Positions 27,887 through 38,085 are shown, numbered from the stretch's first letter. The stretch is 64,000 nt of DNA from Desulfobacterales bacterium (GCA_963674755.2 CAXXVS010000002.1:1792001-1856000); one strand, 5' to 3'. Notes: a model not told the origin generated them from the letters alone. Translations and numbers: made by a program.

Positions 27887-28336
27887 ATGGTGAAAACCGA
27901 TCGTTTCGTGGCGTTGATCATCATCGGCGTATCCATCTATTTGTACACTCGAACGGGCCGGTTTTTGGATGAGACGTCCGTCGATCCCATATCGGCGGCC
28001 TTTTTCCCGCGGGCCATCCTCATCGCCCTAATGGCCTGCAGCGCGTGGCTGGTCCTCAAGAGCAAGATGCCGCCGGCCGTTTTCCCCGCACCAGCAGGCG
28101 TCGCCTTGGGGGCCGTTCAGATTGTCGTCTACGTCATGCTGATCGAACCGGTCGGCTACTTCATCGTGACGCCGCTGTTCCTGCTCATATTCCCGGCGAC
28201 ACTGGGCTACCGAAGATGGGGGTGGCTGGCCGGCCTGGCGTTGGGTGGCACGGTCCTGGCCTATGGTGTTTTCACCAGGGTATTGGGCGTCCCCTTGCCC
28301 ATGGGCGTTCTGGAGAATATCGGAGGGCTGTCATGA
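27887..28336 (+). CDS. tctB: Tripartite tricarboxylate transporter small membrane subunit
   Basis: Four TM segments; AAFFPR and LGVPLPMG. Alternative start at 27866. Confidence 0.88.
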   Translation: MVKTDRFVALIIIGVSIYLYTRTGRFLDETSVDPISAAFFPRAILIALMACSAWLVLKSKMPPAVFPAPAGVALGAVQIVVYVMLIEPVGYFIVTPLFLLIFPATLGYRRWGWLAGLALGGTVLAYGVFTRVLGVPLPMGVLENIGGLS

Positions 28337-29817
28337 TCGAGCATATTCTCCTAGGGCTGCACGCGATCGGCAACCTGCCGGCGCTCATCGCCATCATGGC
28401 GGGTGTCGTTCTGGGGATTCTGGTGGGTGTCATGCCCGGACTGAGTGCTTCGACGGGAGTGGCCCTCCTGGTGCCCTTCACCTATACCATGTCCCCTGTC
28501 GCCAGCATGCTGCTGCTGGTTTCCCTGTACATGGCCGGCGAATATGGGGGTTCCATCACCTCCATTGCCATTGGCACCCCGGGCACACCGGCGGCCGCAG
28601 CGACCCTGTTCGACGGCTACAAGCTGACGGAAAAAGGGCAGCCGGGCATGGCCCTGGGCACCTCGGTGGTCGCTTCCAGCATCGGAGGCATCATTGGGGC
28701 CTGCGTGCTGCTGGTCTTTTCGGAACCTCTCGCCCGGGTGGCCATCAGTTTCGGCGCGGCGGAGTATTTTGCCCTGGCCGTTTTCGGGCTGACCATCATA
28801 TCGAGTATGTCCGGCAACAGCCTTCTGAAAGGGTTTATCGCCATGCTCATCGGCCTCCTGCTCAAGACCGTGGGCCTCGATCCGTTCACCGGGGGGGAGC
28901 GGTTCACCTTCGGGGTGGCCAAACTCATGGACGGCATCAGCTTCATTCCGGCCCTCATCGGTCTCTACGCTTTGTCGCAGGTGTTTATCGGGATCGAGCA
29001 ATTGGGGACGAAGCTATCGGCTAAGGCGCACTATTCCTATAAGGTTCCCGGAATCAAACAACTCGCCAAACTGTGGCGCGTCATTCTGCAGTCCTCCATC
29101 ATCGGTTCGGTGATCGGCGTCCTGCCCGGGGCGGGAGCCACTATCACCTCCTTTATCTGCTACAACGAAGCCAAGCGGTTTTCGAAGACGCCCGAAATCT
29201 ATGGCACCGGATGCCTGGAGGGTGTGGCCGCACCGGAATCGGGCAACAACGCCGTCGTCGGTGGCGCCCTGATCCCCTTGTTGACCCTCGGCATCCCGGG
29301 CTCGGCCACCGCCGCGGTGCTGATCGGAGCTCTGATGCTCCACGGTCTGCTTCCGGGGCCAATGCTGTTCGTACACAATGCCGACCTGGTGTACGGTATC
29401 TTCTGCGGACTATTTGTGGCCTGCTTTTTCCAGCTGATCTTCGGTCTGGCGGGTATTCCCCTATGGATCAAGATCATCTCCACACCGCGAGCCCTGCTTC
29501 TGCCCGCCATTGCAGCCATTGCCATCATCGGGGCCTACGGCAAGGATTATAGCATGGTCGATGTCTGGCTGATGACCGGCTTCGGTTTTCTGGGCTACTT
29601 CCTGCGCAAATACAAATTCCCGGTCACGCCGGTCATCCTGGCGCTGGTCCTGGGAGGTATTCTCGAAGAGAATTTTCGGCGGGCCCTTATCATGTCGGAC
29701 GGCAGCTACGGCATTTTCTTTACGAAACCGATCAGTCTGGTCCTGCTCATCATGGCGGTTCTCTCCCTTGGCAGCCCGCTGATCATGAAAAAACTGGCCA
29801 GGGGCAAGCCGGGCTGA
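28333..29817 (+). CDS. tctA: Tripartite tricarboxylate transporter large subunit
   Basis: GVMPGL, YGGSITSI...PGT, GVAAPESGNNA and LTLGIPGS. Confidence 0.95.
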   Translation: MIEHILLGLHAIGNLPALIAIMAGVVLGILVGVMPGLSASTGVALLVPFTYTMSPVASMLLLVSLYMAGEYGGSITSIAIGTPGTPAAAATLFDGYKLTEKGQPGMALGTSVVASSIGGIIGACVLLVFSEPLARVAISFGAAEYFALAVFGLTIISSMSGNSLLKGFIAMLIGLLLKTVGLDPFTGGERFTFGVAKLMDGISFIPALIGLYALSQVFIGIEQLGTKLSAKAHYSYKVPGIKQLAKLWRVILQSSIIGSVIGVLPGAGATITSFICYNEAKRFSKTPEIYGTGCLEGVAAPESGNNAVVGGALIPLLTLGIPGSATAAVLIGALMLHGLLPGPMLFVHNADLVYGIFCGLFVACFFQLIFGLAGIPLWIKIISTPRALLLPAIAAIAIIGAYGKDYSMVDVWLMTGFGFLGYFLRKYKFPVTPVILALVLGGILEENFRRALIMSDGSYGIFFTKPISLVLLIMAVLSLGSPLIMKKLARGKPG

Positions 29818-29882
29818 TCGTCCGTTTTGCCTTGCTGAGACTGAAACCCGGTAGTTGCGAATACTTTAACAGGAGATTGGCA

Positions 29883-31352
29883 ATGTTGAACAACCCTTAC
29901 GCCGAGGTCCCCGCGGACATGGCCGTAACCGAGGCGGCGGCACGTTTTGTGGAAACCATCGCCTTCGAGGATATTCCTGCGGAGGCCAAACGGATCGGCC
30001 TCCGCTGCGTGCTCGATGGCCTGGGGCTTTTTGTGGCCGGGTCGGACGAACATGCCGTCCGGATTCTGGCCGAGATGGCGCGTTTTCAAGGCGGACGGCC
30101 GGAGGCTCTCCTGCTGGGCTGCGGCCGGGTGAAAGCCCCGGCCCCTCTGGCCGCCCGGGTGCTGGGCACCTCCGGCCACGCCCACGACTGGGACGACAGC
30201 CAGGTGAGCATCGACCCGGACCATGTCTATGGGCTTCTCACCCACCCCACCATGGCTCCCCTGTCCGCCGCCGTAGCCGTGGCGCAGGCAACGGGCAGCA
30301 TCGACGGCAGGATTTTTCTGCTCGGTTTCCTCACCGGTTTCGAGGTGGAATGCAAAATATCCGAGTGGATGCTGCCTCAGCACTACAAACAGGGATTTCA
30401 CTCCACGGGCACGGTGGGAACCATCGGAGCCTATGTCACCGCCGCTAAAATCCTGGGGTTGAAGAATGACGCTCTGCGTCGAGGTTTTGGTATCGCCGCG
30501 AGCATGGCCGCCGGCATCCGGGTCAATTTCGGAACCATGACCAAGCCCCTGCACGTGGGCAGGGCAGCGGAAAACGGTGTAATCGCCGCTCTTCTGGCTG
30601 CCAGGGGATTCACGGCCGATCCCAACGGCCTGGACGGCCCTTGGGGGTTCTTTGCGGTCCAGGGCGGCGGGATCAGCCCGGACAAAATCACACAGGGGTT
30701 TGGCGGCACGTGGGCCATCGTCGATCCCGGGGTCAGCATCAAGCCCTACCCCTGTGGTGTGCTCACCCACCCTTCCATGGACCTGATGCTGAAACTGGTC
30801 AGGAAACACGATATCCGACCGGAGCAGATCGAAGGGGTCACGCTCCATGCGGCTAGCAATATTCTCAATCCGATCCGCTATCCCATCGCCGAGAATCATT
30901 TGCAGGCGAAATTCTCCCTTCCTGCCGAGCTGGCCATGATCGCCATCAATCGCAAGGCTGGAAAACGCGAATTCAGCGACGCATTCGTCCAATCCGATGC
31001 CATGCAGGCCATGCAGCGCAAAATCAAGACCTGGCACGATCCTGAAATCGAGAAACTCGGCTTCGACAAGATGCGCTCCCGCATTGTGATACGGTTGAAT
31101 GACGGCCGAATCATCGAAGGGTCTGCGGACGAACGCTACCGCGGCGGTCCGGAGTATCCGCTAACGGACGATGAGCTGGAAGAAAAAGTCCGCTCCTGCT
31201 GCGAAGGTCTTCTGGATGCAACCGCACAGGATCACCTGATCCGGACGGTCTGGCATCTGCAGGATCTTAAAGATGCCGCCGTACTGGCGGAAGTCATTCA
31301 ACCTGAAGCCGAGCTGGTATCGGACAGCGACCGGGAAACCGTCCAAGATTGA
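29883..31352 (+). CDS. MmgE/PrpD-family protein
   Basis: HAHDWDD...HP, GFHST, TKPLHVG, KPYPCG...H and AKFSLP. Confidence 0.92.
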   Translation: MLNNPYAEVPADMAVTEAAARFVETIAFEDIPAEAKRIGLRCVLDGLGLFVAGSDEHAVRILAEMARFQGGRPEALLLGCGRVKAPAPLAARVLGTSGHAHDWDDSQVSIDPDHVYGLLTHPTMAPLSAAVAVAQATGSIDGRIFLLGFLTGFEVECKISEWMLPQHYKQGFHSTGTVGTIGAYVTAAKILGLKNDALRRGFGIAASMAAGIRVNFGTMTKPLHVGRAAENGVIAALLAARGFTADPNGLDGPWGFFAVQGGGISPDKITQGFGGTWAIVDPGVSIKPYPCGVLTHPSMDLMLKLVRKHDIRPEQIEGVTLHAASNILNPIRYPIAENHLQAKFSLPAELAMIAINRKAGKREFSDAFVQSDAMQAMQRKIKTWHDPEIEKLGFDKMRSRIVIRLNDGRIIEGSADERYRGGPEYPLTDDELEEKVRSCCEGLLDATAQDHLIRTVWHLQDLKDAAVLAEVIQPEAELVSDSDRETVQD

Positions 31353-32326
31353 AAGGTATCCGCGTCAATCGCTTAGGCGGACCGGAGGTGCTGGAATATA
31401 CGGACCTCCCTGATCCGATTGCACAGGCGGGACAGGTTGTGATCGATGTCAGAGGGGCAAGCGTCAATTATGCCGACATCAAGGCCCGGTCCGGGCGCTA
31501 CCATTTGGGTAAAAAGCCCCCCTTCATTCCGGGCATCGATGTCGCTGGGGTCATTACCGCAACCGGCCGCGGCGTTCGGAAACTGAAGACCGGCGATCGG
31601 GTGATCGCTTTCCCGGTATCCGGGTCGTATGCCGAAAAGGCACTTGCCAGTGCCGAGCTGACCTTCAAAATCCCCGCTGCGATCGACTTCGAAAGCGCCG
31701 CCGCCTGCCCCATCGTCGCTGGTACGTCGACCCATATGCTGGTCCATGCGGCCCGTCTGAAACGGGGTGAAAGCGTGTTGGTGCACGCCGCCGCAGGAGG
31801 AGTAGGGTCCACAGCCATTCAAGTAGCCAAGGTGATCGGTGCGTCGCGGATTATCGCTTCCGTTGGCAGTCCCTGGAAGAAGAAGCATGCACACGATTTC
31901 GGGGCGGACATTGTCATCGATAATCGGTCGGGTGATTATGCCGGGGAGGTAAACCGCTTGACTGATGGGCAGGGGGTGGATGTTATCCTGAATCCCATCG
32001 GGGGCGCCACCTTGGGGCAAGATTTCAAATGCCTGGCGCCCTTCGGTCGCTTGATTCTTTTCGGCGCCATGGGGGGAGAGCCAGCCCCGCTGCCTCTGGA
32101 AAGGCTGCAACCGAACAACCAGTCGATGATCGGCTTCAGTTTCGGCCACTATCGACGATTCAAACCCCAGTTGGTATCCAAAACCATCAAGCATGCGATC
32201 CACCTGATGAACGAAGGGCAAATCACGATCCACCTGAGCAAGCAGTTCCCACTAGGCAAGGCTGCAAAGGCTCATACCTATATCGAAACACGAAGGGCAT
32301 TGGGGAAAGTTATTCTGACGCCGTGA
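31349..32326 (+). CDS. NADPH:quinone oxidoreductase-like (MDR/zeta-crystallin family)
   Basis: GGPEVL, VNYAD, VLVHAAAGGVG and GKVIL. The TTG start overlaps the previous stop. Confidence 0.92.
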   Translation: MKGIRVNRLGGPEVLEYTDLPDPIAQAGQVVIDVRGASVNYADIKARSGRYHLGKKPPFIPGIDVAGVITATGRGVRKLKTGDRVIAFPVSGSYAEKALASAELTFKIPAAIDFESAAACPIVAGTSTHMLVHAARLKRGESVLVHAAAGGVGSTAIQVAKVIGASRIIASVGSPWKKKHAHDFGADIVIDNRSGDYAGEVNRLTDGQGVDVILNPIGGATLGQDFKCLAPFGRLILFGAMGGEPAPLPLERLQPNNQSMIGFSFGHYRRFKPQLVSKTIKHAIHLMNEGQITIHLSKQFPLGKAAKAHTYIETRRALGKVILTP

Positions 32327-32506
32327 CGGCAGGCTGATCCCGGATGCATTCACATTGGATGAGGGATAGGATCCCTTCCACCGGCTTTACCATGCCTATA
32401 GCCTTCTCTTCGCCGCTTGATCGCAACGACGCGGATTGAACAGATCGCAAAAAAGCGTGATGCAGCAGATCTCGACTCCAGATTGAGTGATAGACGCTCT
32501 ACCCAA

Positions 32507-32917
32507 TCAACCGGCCGCTGCAATCATGGCTTCGAGCCGTTTCATCAGGTTGTGTTTGTAGCCCAGCCGTTTGGCATCGGCCAGATAGGCGGCGGCTTTG
32601 GCAGGATCATCCAGGAAGCGCATGTGCACTACGGCCAGGTCCCAGTAGGGATCGGCCAGGTAGGGATCGAGGGCGATGGCCTCTTCGAACAGGGCGCACA
32701 TGGTGTCGATCTGCGCCTGCGACGGCATCGTCCCGGCCTGGTCGCAGGCCGCCATGATGAATTCCCCTTTCCCACCGCGGGCCAGGGCAGCCCGGCGCTT
32801 GAGGGTGGGATCGTCCGGATCCTTCTGCCGGACCCGGTCCACATAGGCAATGGCATCATCGTGGCGCTCGGCTTTGAGCAGCTCCGCATATTTAAGTCGG
32901 TCGAATTCTTGAGCCAT
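32507..32917 (-). CDS. TPR-like hypothetical protein
   Basis: FEEAIALDPYLADPYWDLA...AAAYLADAKRLG; RBS gggagg. Confidence 0.75.
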   Translation of the reverse strand: MAQEFDRLKYAELLKAERHDDAIAYVDRVRQKDPDDPTLKRRAALARGGKGEFIMAACDQAGTMPSQAQIDTMCALFEEAIALDPYLADPYWDLAVVHMRFLDDPAKAAAYLADAKRLGYKHNLMKRLEAMIAAAG

Positions 32918-32934
32918 GCGCGTTGCCTCCCTTC

Positions 32935-33816
32935 TCAGGCCTGTGGTTCGATATCATGGCATTTCTGATCCAGCTGGTGGGTGATACGGGAGAGCATATC
33001 CGATGTCAATGGCCGCGGTGGGATATGCGCGAAGAGGGAGTCGAACTGTTTGGGATTGACCACGGGCATGCCTTGGGCGGCGGTACGTTTGACAAACCAG
33101 CCTGGCAAAGCCAGGACGGCCCGCACGGTGAGCTCCTCCCCCACGGCCCGGCTCAGCCAGTTGGCCAGCCACTTGGACTGGCGCTTGGCCTGGGCGATCA
33201 TCTCGATGTCGGTGCCGTTAGGGAAATGCAGGGCCCGGCCGTCGTATTCCACCGTGGCGTCCTCCTGGCGGTTGGCCGTGGTCCGCTTGGAACGGGTCTT
33301 GGTCTCGACGGCAAAAACGCCTTTGGCCCCCACCACGACGTGATCGATGTTGAAGCCCTCCGCCGGAAAATCATGGTAGACATGGTAGCCCTGCGATATC
33401 AGTTGGTTCAGGGCCTGGCCCACGATCATTTCCCCCTCGCAGCCCAGCCGGACCCGTCGTCGCTCGTTCAGGAATCCGAACAGCTTGAAACCCGCATATC
33501 CCATAAAAACGACCGCAATGGCTGCTGCGGCAATGGCCTCGGTCAGGTTGAACGGGCGTTGGTCGAAATACAGATAGGACACATAGCTCGCAAAAATCGC
33601 CAGCGGCACGCCCAGCAAGGAAGCCGCCTGGATGCAGACTTCTTCGTTGAGCTCATCCAGCCGCTTCAACAGACCCTGCCCGGGAAAGCGCTCCCGCTTC
33701 TGGGTAAAAGGTGAACGCAGGCCCTTACCGGCGATTCGATACCGAAAGATATGGACCACGATAATCGCTAGCAGCACAACAGCCGCTATGATCAGAAACG
33801 GGATGAATTGATGCAC
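32935..33816 (-). CDS. Membrane-anchored NERD (nuclease-related domain) protein
   Basis: Three TM segments, then GCEGE...VYHD...NIDHVVVG..GVFAVETK. Confidence 0.88.
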   Translation of the reverse strand: MHQFIPFLIIAAVVLLAIIVVHIFRYRIAGKGLRSPFTQKRERFPGQGLLKRLDELNEEVCIQAASLLGVPLAIFASYVSYLYFDQRPFNLTEAIAAAAIAVVFMGYAGFKLFGFLNERRRVRLGCEGEMIVGQALNQLISQGYHVYHDFPAEGFNIDHVVVGAKGVFAVETKTRSKRTTANRQEDATVEYDGRALHFPNGTDIEMIAQAKRQSKWLANWLSRAVGEELTVRAVLALPGWFVKRTAAQGMPVVNPKQFDSLFAHIPPRPLTSDMLSRITHQLDQKCHDIEPQA

Positions 33817-33968
33817 TGGGTTACCCCTTTCAGCTAATCTGATATCGCGCCCGACCGCAAATCAAGCCATCAAAGTTGCGGTCCGATGGTTGGCTTGACG
33901 GACTTCCCGGTGTGGCGTGATACCGAAGAAGCCGCTGCCGTCCCGGCTTTTTTGTGCCCACAATCACC

Positions 33969-34005
33969 AAAAAACCGGCTTCCTCGGGCGACCGAGGAGC
34001 CGGTT
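33969..34005 (-). terminator. Intrinsic terminator (riboswitch expression platform)
   Basis: Minus strand: aaccggctcctcgg-tcgc-ccgaggaagccggtt-tttt. Confidence 0.85.
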
Positions 34006-34018
34006 CCGCACACCCCTG

Positions 34019-34100
34019 TGGCAGCCCGGCTGTCTCCTATAAGACCCGTGGCTTTCCGTCCCCACCTCACAATGGGTTTGGCTTTTCGTCTGGTTTACCG
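34019..34100 (-). ncRNA. Cyclic di-GMP-I (GEMM-I) riboswitch aptamer
   Basis: Minus strand reads ...aaaaGCCAAACCCATT-GTGA-GGTGGGGACGGAAAGCCACGGGTCT...GACAGCCGGGCTGCC, giving the P2 GNRA loop and P3/P1 consensus. Promoter-like TTGCAT-16-TAGTAT lies directly upstream. Confidence 0.9.
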
Positions 34101-34235
34101 CAATACTAACCGACTGTCAGGACAATGCAATCGTTTTTTGGTGCGCAGTTGTCATCGCTTGCGTCTCTAAAGGCGTTGCGTGAAGTGGAATTGGCTTTCG
34201 TGGGTTCCGGCACATTGGTGTTTTTCCCTGACGGC

Positions 34236-34580
34236 CTAAAAGGTCCTCCCATTCCAGCCGAACATGCTCCGCTCTATATCGCGGAAGTCGATATAGATGC
34301 GATCCGGGGCAACGTTGAGCGCCTCTTCGAGGAAAGCACAGATCTTGGCGGAGAATTCGGCGCAACGCTCTTTGGGCAGACCGATGCTGTGGAGCTGCAC
34401 CATGGCAGCCGGCTCCAGGCCGCCGCCGAAACGCATGGGCGTGCTGTGCTTGATCGCCACCATGACATAGCTCTCGGGTTTGCCCAGAAGTTCCGCGATA
34501 AACGCCGATGCTCTGTGGCTGAGCGCCTCTTCCCCCACCTGATCGATGATTTTGCTGGTTTCGATATTGAAATACGGCAT
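34236..34580 (-). CDS. MIF/phenylpyruvate tautomerase-family protein
   Basis: Pro after Met1; LGKPESYVMV, SIG, DRIYIDF.D and GWNGRTF. Confidence 0.9.
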   Translation of the reverse strand: MPYFNIETSKIIDQVGEEALSHRASAFIAELLGKPESYVMVAIKHSTPMRFGGGLEPAAMVQLHSIGLPKERCAEFSAKICAFLEEALNVAPDRIYIDFRDIERSMFGWNGRTF

Positions 34581-34633
34581 GGTTCAAATCCTTTCACATA
34601 AATCCGCCAAATAAGCCGAGGTCAAACACGATC

Positions 34634-37270
34634 TCAGGACGGCTGTTTTTCCAGCTCCTCTTGGACTGCGCGACCCAGTTTTCCCAGGGTAACCGGTTTT
34701 TTAAGAAACTGACCCGCTCCAAGCCGTTGGGCTTCCAGCACCTCGTCGGTTTCAGCGAAACCACTGATGATAATCGCCTTCTGCCCGGGATGCAGCTTGA
34801 CAATCCGCTCATAGGTCTCACGGCCGTTCAGGCCCGGATCCATGATCATGTCGAGAAGCACCAGGTCCACCGTATTGGTTCTAAGATAATCGACGGCCTC
34901 CTCTCCGCTGGCAACGGCATGGGGGCGATAGCCCAGAACCTCCAGCATACGGCAGGAGATTTCCCGTTGACTGACCTCGTCGTCCACCACCAATATCTTT
35001 TGGCCACGGCCTTTATGGTGTTGTGCCGTCTTGGGAAGCCTTTGGGCCGGTAATTCCTCACGCGTAGCTGGGAAATAGAGTGCAAAGGTGGTACCTTCCC
35101 TGCCCGTCCGGACATCGATATAGCCTTTATGATCCAGCATGATGTTCCAGGCCACCGCCAGCCCCAGCCCCGTCCCGCTACGGCCCATGACCTTTTTGGT
35201 ATAGAAGGGTTCGAATATTCGCTTGAGGTCGTCCTGGGAAATCCCCTGGCCGTCGTCGGAAACAGCAAGAACGACATATTCACCGACGGCCACATCGTCA
35301 TATCCCCGAAGCGGACGATCCAGATAGCGATTTGATGTGGACAGCACCACCCGGCCGCGGCCCTTGATGGATTCCACGGCATTGGACACCAGGTTCATCA
35401 CCACCTTGCTGATGTGCACCGGCGAGCCGATGATCCCGAAAAGATCCCCGGCCAATTCGGTCTTGACGGCCACGTCGGGGTGAAGCTGTTTGACCTGATC
35501 GAATTCAGGGGAGCGCAGGTAATGATCGATCTGGTCGTTGATGTTCAGGAGCTGTCTGGGTATGGCCACGCCCCTCGCCACGGTCAGGAGATCCTGGACG
35601 ATGTCCACGGCCCGTTTGCCGGACGCCTGGATGGTTTCGATGGGTTTGCGCCATTTGCTGTCGGAAGGCAGATCCAGCAGGAGCAGTTCAGGGTAACTCA
35701 CGATGCCGGAGAGGACATTGTTCAGGTCGTGAGCCACACCGCCGGCCAGAAGCCCCAGAGACTCCATCTTTCTGGAACGGACGAGCTTCTCTTCACTTTC
35801 CCGCAGGGTCTCGGCCGCCCGTTTGCGTTCGGTGATGTCCCGGGCCATCCCGAGCACAACTTCCTGGGCACCGATCACGATCGGAATCGTAGTGATCTCC
35901 GCAATGACATAATCGCCGGATTTCCTTTTCAAGGTGAACTCGTCCGGTCCGGTCGCCTTGCCATCCAAATTTTCGGTCAAACCGTCGATGGCTCTGGATT
36001 TTTCTTCTTCAACCAACAAATCGATATCAAGAAAACTCTTTCCGATCAACTCGCTGCGCTGGTAGCCGAGCAAGTCCTCGACCTTTTTGTTGCCATCGAT
36101 AAAGCGCCCTTGGGCATCGTTCAAATAATAGGCTTCGGGGGCGTATTCAAAAAGACGTTTGAACCGGTCTTCACTCTCCCGCAGTGTACGCTGGTTTCGG
36201 GCCAAGGCCGCCGCCATATCGTGAAAAGCTTTGGTCAGCGTGAGAAACTCCTCGGGAGCATTCGCAAGCTCGCTGCGGGCTTCGAGATTTCCATGGGCAT
36301 AGTGGCGGGACAGATCCACAAGGCTCTCAATAGGGGAGATCAGCGTTTTCTTCCCAATGAGCCTCGAGATAAACAGGGCCAACACCGCTGCGGCGACCAG
36401 CAACAGCAGGTTGCGCTTCAAGGTGGCGTTGGTCGGCGCCAGCACATAGGCCTCGGGAATGCCGGCCCATACATACAGGTATGGGGCATCGTCGGGCTTG
36501 AAGCGCACCGGTTCGAAGGCGAAAATCCGCTGTATGCCATCGGAGCCTCGGCCGACAAAGATGCCTTTATCCCCGTCCTGGTGCGCTTTTTCCCAGGAGG
36601 ACCTGCTGATGGATTCTCCGATGGGATTGGTGTCTTTATGGGGCGGATAGTAAAAGAGTCGGACCCCCTGGTGATCCGTCAGCGCGACAAAGGAGTTCGC
36701 CGGCAGACTGGAAATCTCATGAAAAGTGCCAAAATTCGCCACCCGGATCGCCGCCGTCAGCACGCCCTTGAGGCTCTTGTTCGGATTGAGCACGGGATAG
36801 GCAAATGCAAAGGCCGGCGTCCCGGATTCGGTCCGGGAAACGATAAATTCACCGATGGCAAACGCCTTCCTTGCAATGGCCTCACGCACATGTTTACGGT
36901 CCGCAAGATTGAGCGTTCGCATGGGACGACCGGATGCCAGCACCTGGCCGGCAGGATTCGTCAGGGCAATATTGAGGTAGCCGGGGTGCTGTTCGAGCAG
37001 CGTTCTAAAAATCTCCCCGCACTGCTCCGGGTTCAGGCGCTGAACCTGGGGCAGGAAGGACAGGGTCGACAAAACCTGACGGACGGACCGGGTAAAATCC
37101 TGCTGGGATTCCACCATGGCATGGGTCAACAACAGGATGTTCTGCCGGGCCTCTTCGATGGAGCGCTGGCGCTCCTCCAGCCCAGAATACAGGATGATCG
37201 CCAGGGCCGGCATGACCGCTAAAAATACGATCAGGGAAAGGTTAATGCGAATGGAATGCAAACGGATCAT
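34634..37270 (-). CDS. Membrane hybrid histidine kinase (Cache-HAMP-PAS-HisKA-HATPase-REC)
   Basis: Two TM segments; GGVAHDLNN, NLVSNA, FEPFYTKK...GTGLGL and LLDMIM. Confidence 0.95.
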   Translation of the reverse strand: MIRLHSIRINLSLIVFLAVMPALAIILYSGLEERQRSIEEARQNILLLTHAMVESQQDFTRSVRQVLSTLSFLPQVQRLNPEQCGEIFRTLLEQHPGYLNIALTNPAGQVLASGRPMRTLNLADRKHVREAIARKAFAIGEFIVSRTESGTPAFAFAYPVLNPNKSLKGVLTAAIRVANFGTFHEISSLPANSFVALTDHQGVRLFYYPPHKDTNPIGESISRSSWEKAHQDGDKGIFVGRGSDGIQRIFAFEPVRFKPDDAPYLYVWAGIPEAYVLAPTNATLKRNLLLLVAAAVLALFISRLIGKKTLISPIESLVDLSRHYAHGNLEARSELANAPEEFLTLTKAFHDMAAALARNQRTLRESEDRFKRLFEYAPEAYYLNDAQGRFIDGNKKVEDLLGYQRSELIGKSFLDIDLLVEEEKSRAIDGLTENLDGKATGPDEFTLKRKSGDYVIAEITTIPIVIGAQEVVLGMARDITERKRAAETLRESEEKLVRSRKMESLGLLAGGVAHDLNNVLSGIVSYPELLLLDLPSDSKWRKPIETIQASGKRAVDIVQDLLTVARGVAIPRQLLNINDQIDHYLRSPEFDQVKQLHPDVAVKTELAGDLFGIIGSPVHISKVVMNLVSNAVESIKGRGRVVLSTSNRYLDRPLRGYDDVAVGEYVVLAVSDDGQGISQDDLKRIFEPFYTKKVMGRSGTGLGLAVAWNIMLDHKGYIDVRTGREGTTFALYFPATREELPAQRLPKTAQHHKGRGQKILVVDDEVSQREISCRMLEVLGYRPHAVASGEEAVDYLRTNTVDLVLLDMIMDPGLNGRETYERIVKLHPGQKAIIISGFAETDEVLEAQRLGAGQFLKKPVTLGKLGRAVQEELEKQPS

Positions 37271-37332
37271 GGCAAGTCCATAAGCGGCTCAAAGGGACGC
37301 CGGCTTTAAAACCCAGGCAAACGTGCTATCCT

Positions 37333-38085
37333 TTATCGATTTGGCCCACCTGCTTTGGGAATCGACCAGGACCTGAACTCGGCCGGGAGAAGCGCCATGA
37401 CCTGGGCGCCGGACATGCTGTAGAGATCGTAGTTCAGATCCAACTGTTGAATCACATTGATGAAGCGGTAAAGCGTCCCCGGTGCATTTTTAATCTGAGC
37501 ACCGCGTTTGGGTTTTTGGGTTCGCTGGTCGAAATACAGGTGCGCGGTCGCTTCCATGACACCTCGATTGGTGATGAGCCCCGGGCGAACGGCAAGTTCG
37601 TGGCAGAATTTATTTTCGATATGCAGCGGCGTGTTCAACAGCAGGGGCGACAACATCTCCCCGCAACCGTATACCGTATAGACCAGGTGGGCACCACCTA
37701 AAAGATGCCGGTGGCCGTGCGGATAACCCGGCGCCAATAGGTGCCGGTAGTCCCGCCCCGGTTTGCGTCGGCCGGCCGTATCCGTAGGACAAACCTGGTC
37801 GAAATAGAAAAGAGACAGCCAACTCCACAATCCGACCTCATTTTCAATGGCCTCGCATACCACGTCCGCCAGGGCATCCTCTAAATAGCGAGCGACCTCC
37901 AGTCGACTTTGAAAGGACCGCGCTTCGACCTGCCCGCCACCCGGCACGGGTTGCGACATCCCGGCATCGGTTAACAAGACCGCGGGGGGTGATGCGTCCG
38001 ATCCGGCCCGCAGGCCGTCCAGATAACCGCGGAAGGCGTCCAAACCCCGGTCATTCAACTGCCGCATCTCCATGGATGCCGTCAT
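37333..38085 (-). CDS. Hypothetical protein, gene 3 of the GHKL operon (250 aa)
   Basis: RBS gggagg and an ATGA overlap with the gene 2 stop; distinctive LWSWLSLFYFDQVCP and HRHLL segments. Confidence 0.8.
   Translation of the reverse strand: MTASMEMRQLNDRGLDAFRGYLDGLRAGSDASPPAVLLTDAGMSQPVPGGGQVEARSFQSRLEVARYLEDALADVVCEAIENEVGLWSWLSLFYFDQVCPTDTAGRRKPGRDYRHLLAPGYPHGHRHLLGGAHLVYTVYGCGEMLSPLLLNTPLHIENKFCHELAVRPGLITNRGVMEATAHLYFDQRTQKPKRGAQIKNAPGTLYRFINVIQQLDLNYDLYSMSGAQVMALLPAEFRSWSIPKAGGPNR

Noticed and set aside
34019..34100. cGAMP-sensing (GEMM-Ib) riboswitch variant
   Set aside because: The discriminating position is G, not A.
35414..37222. 602-aa plus-strand ORF
   Set aside because: Antisense shadow of the hybrid kinase.
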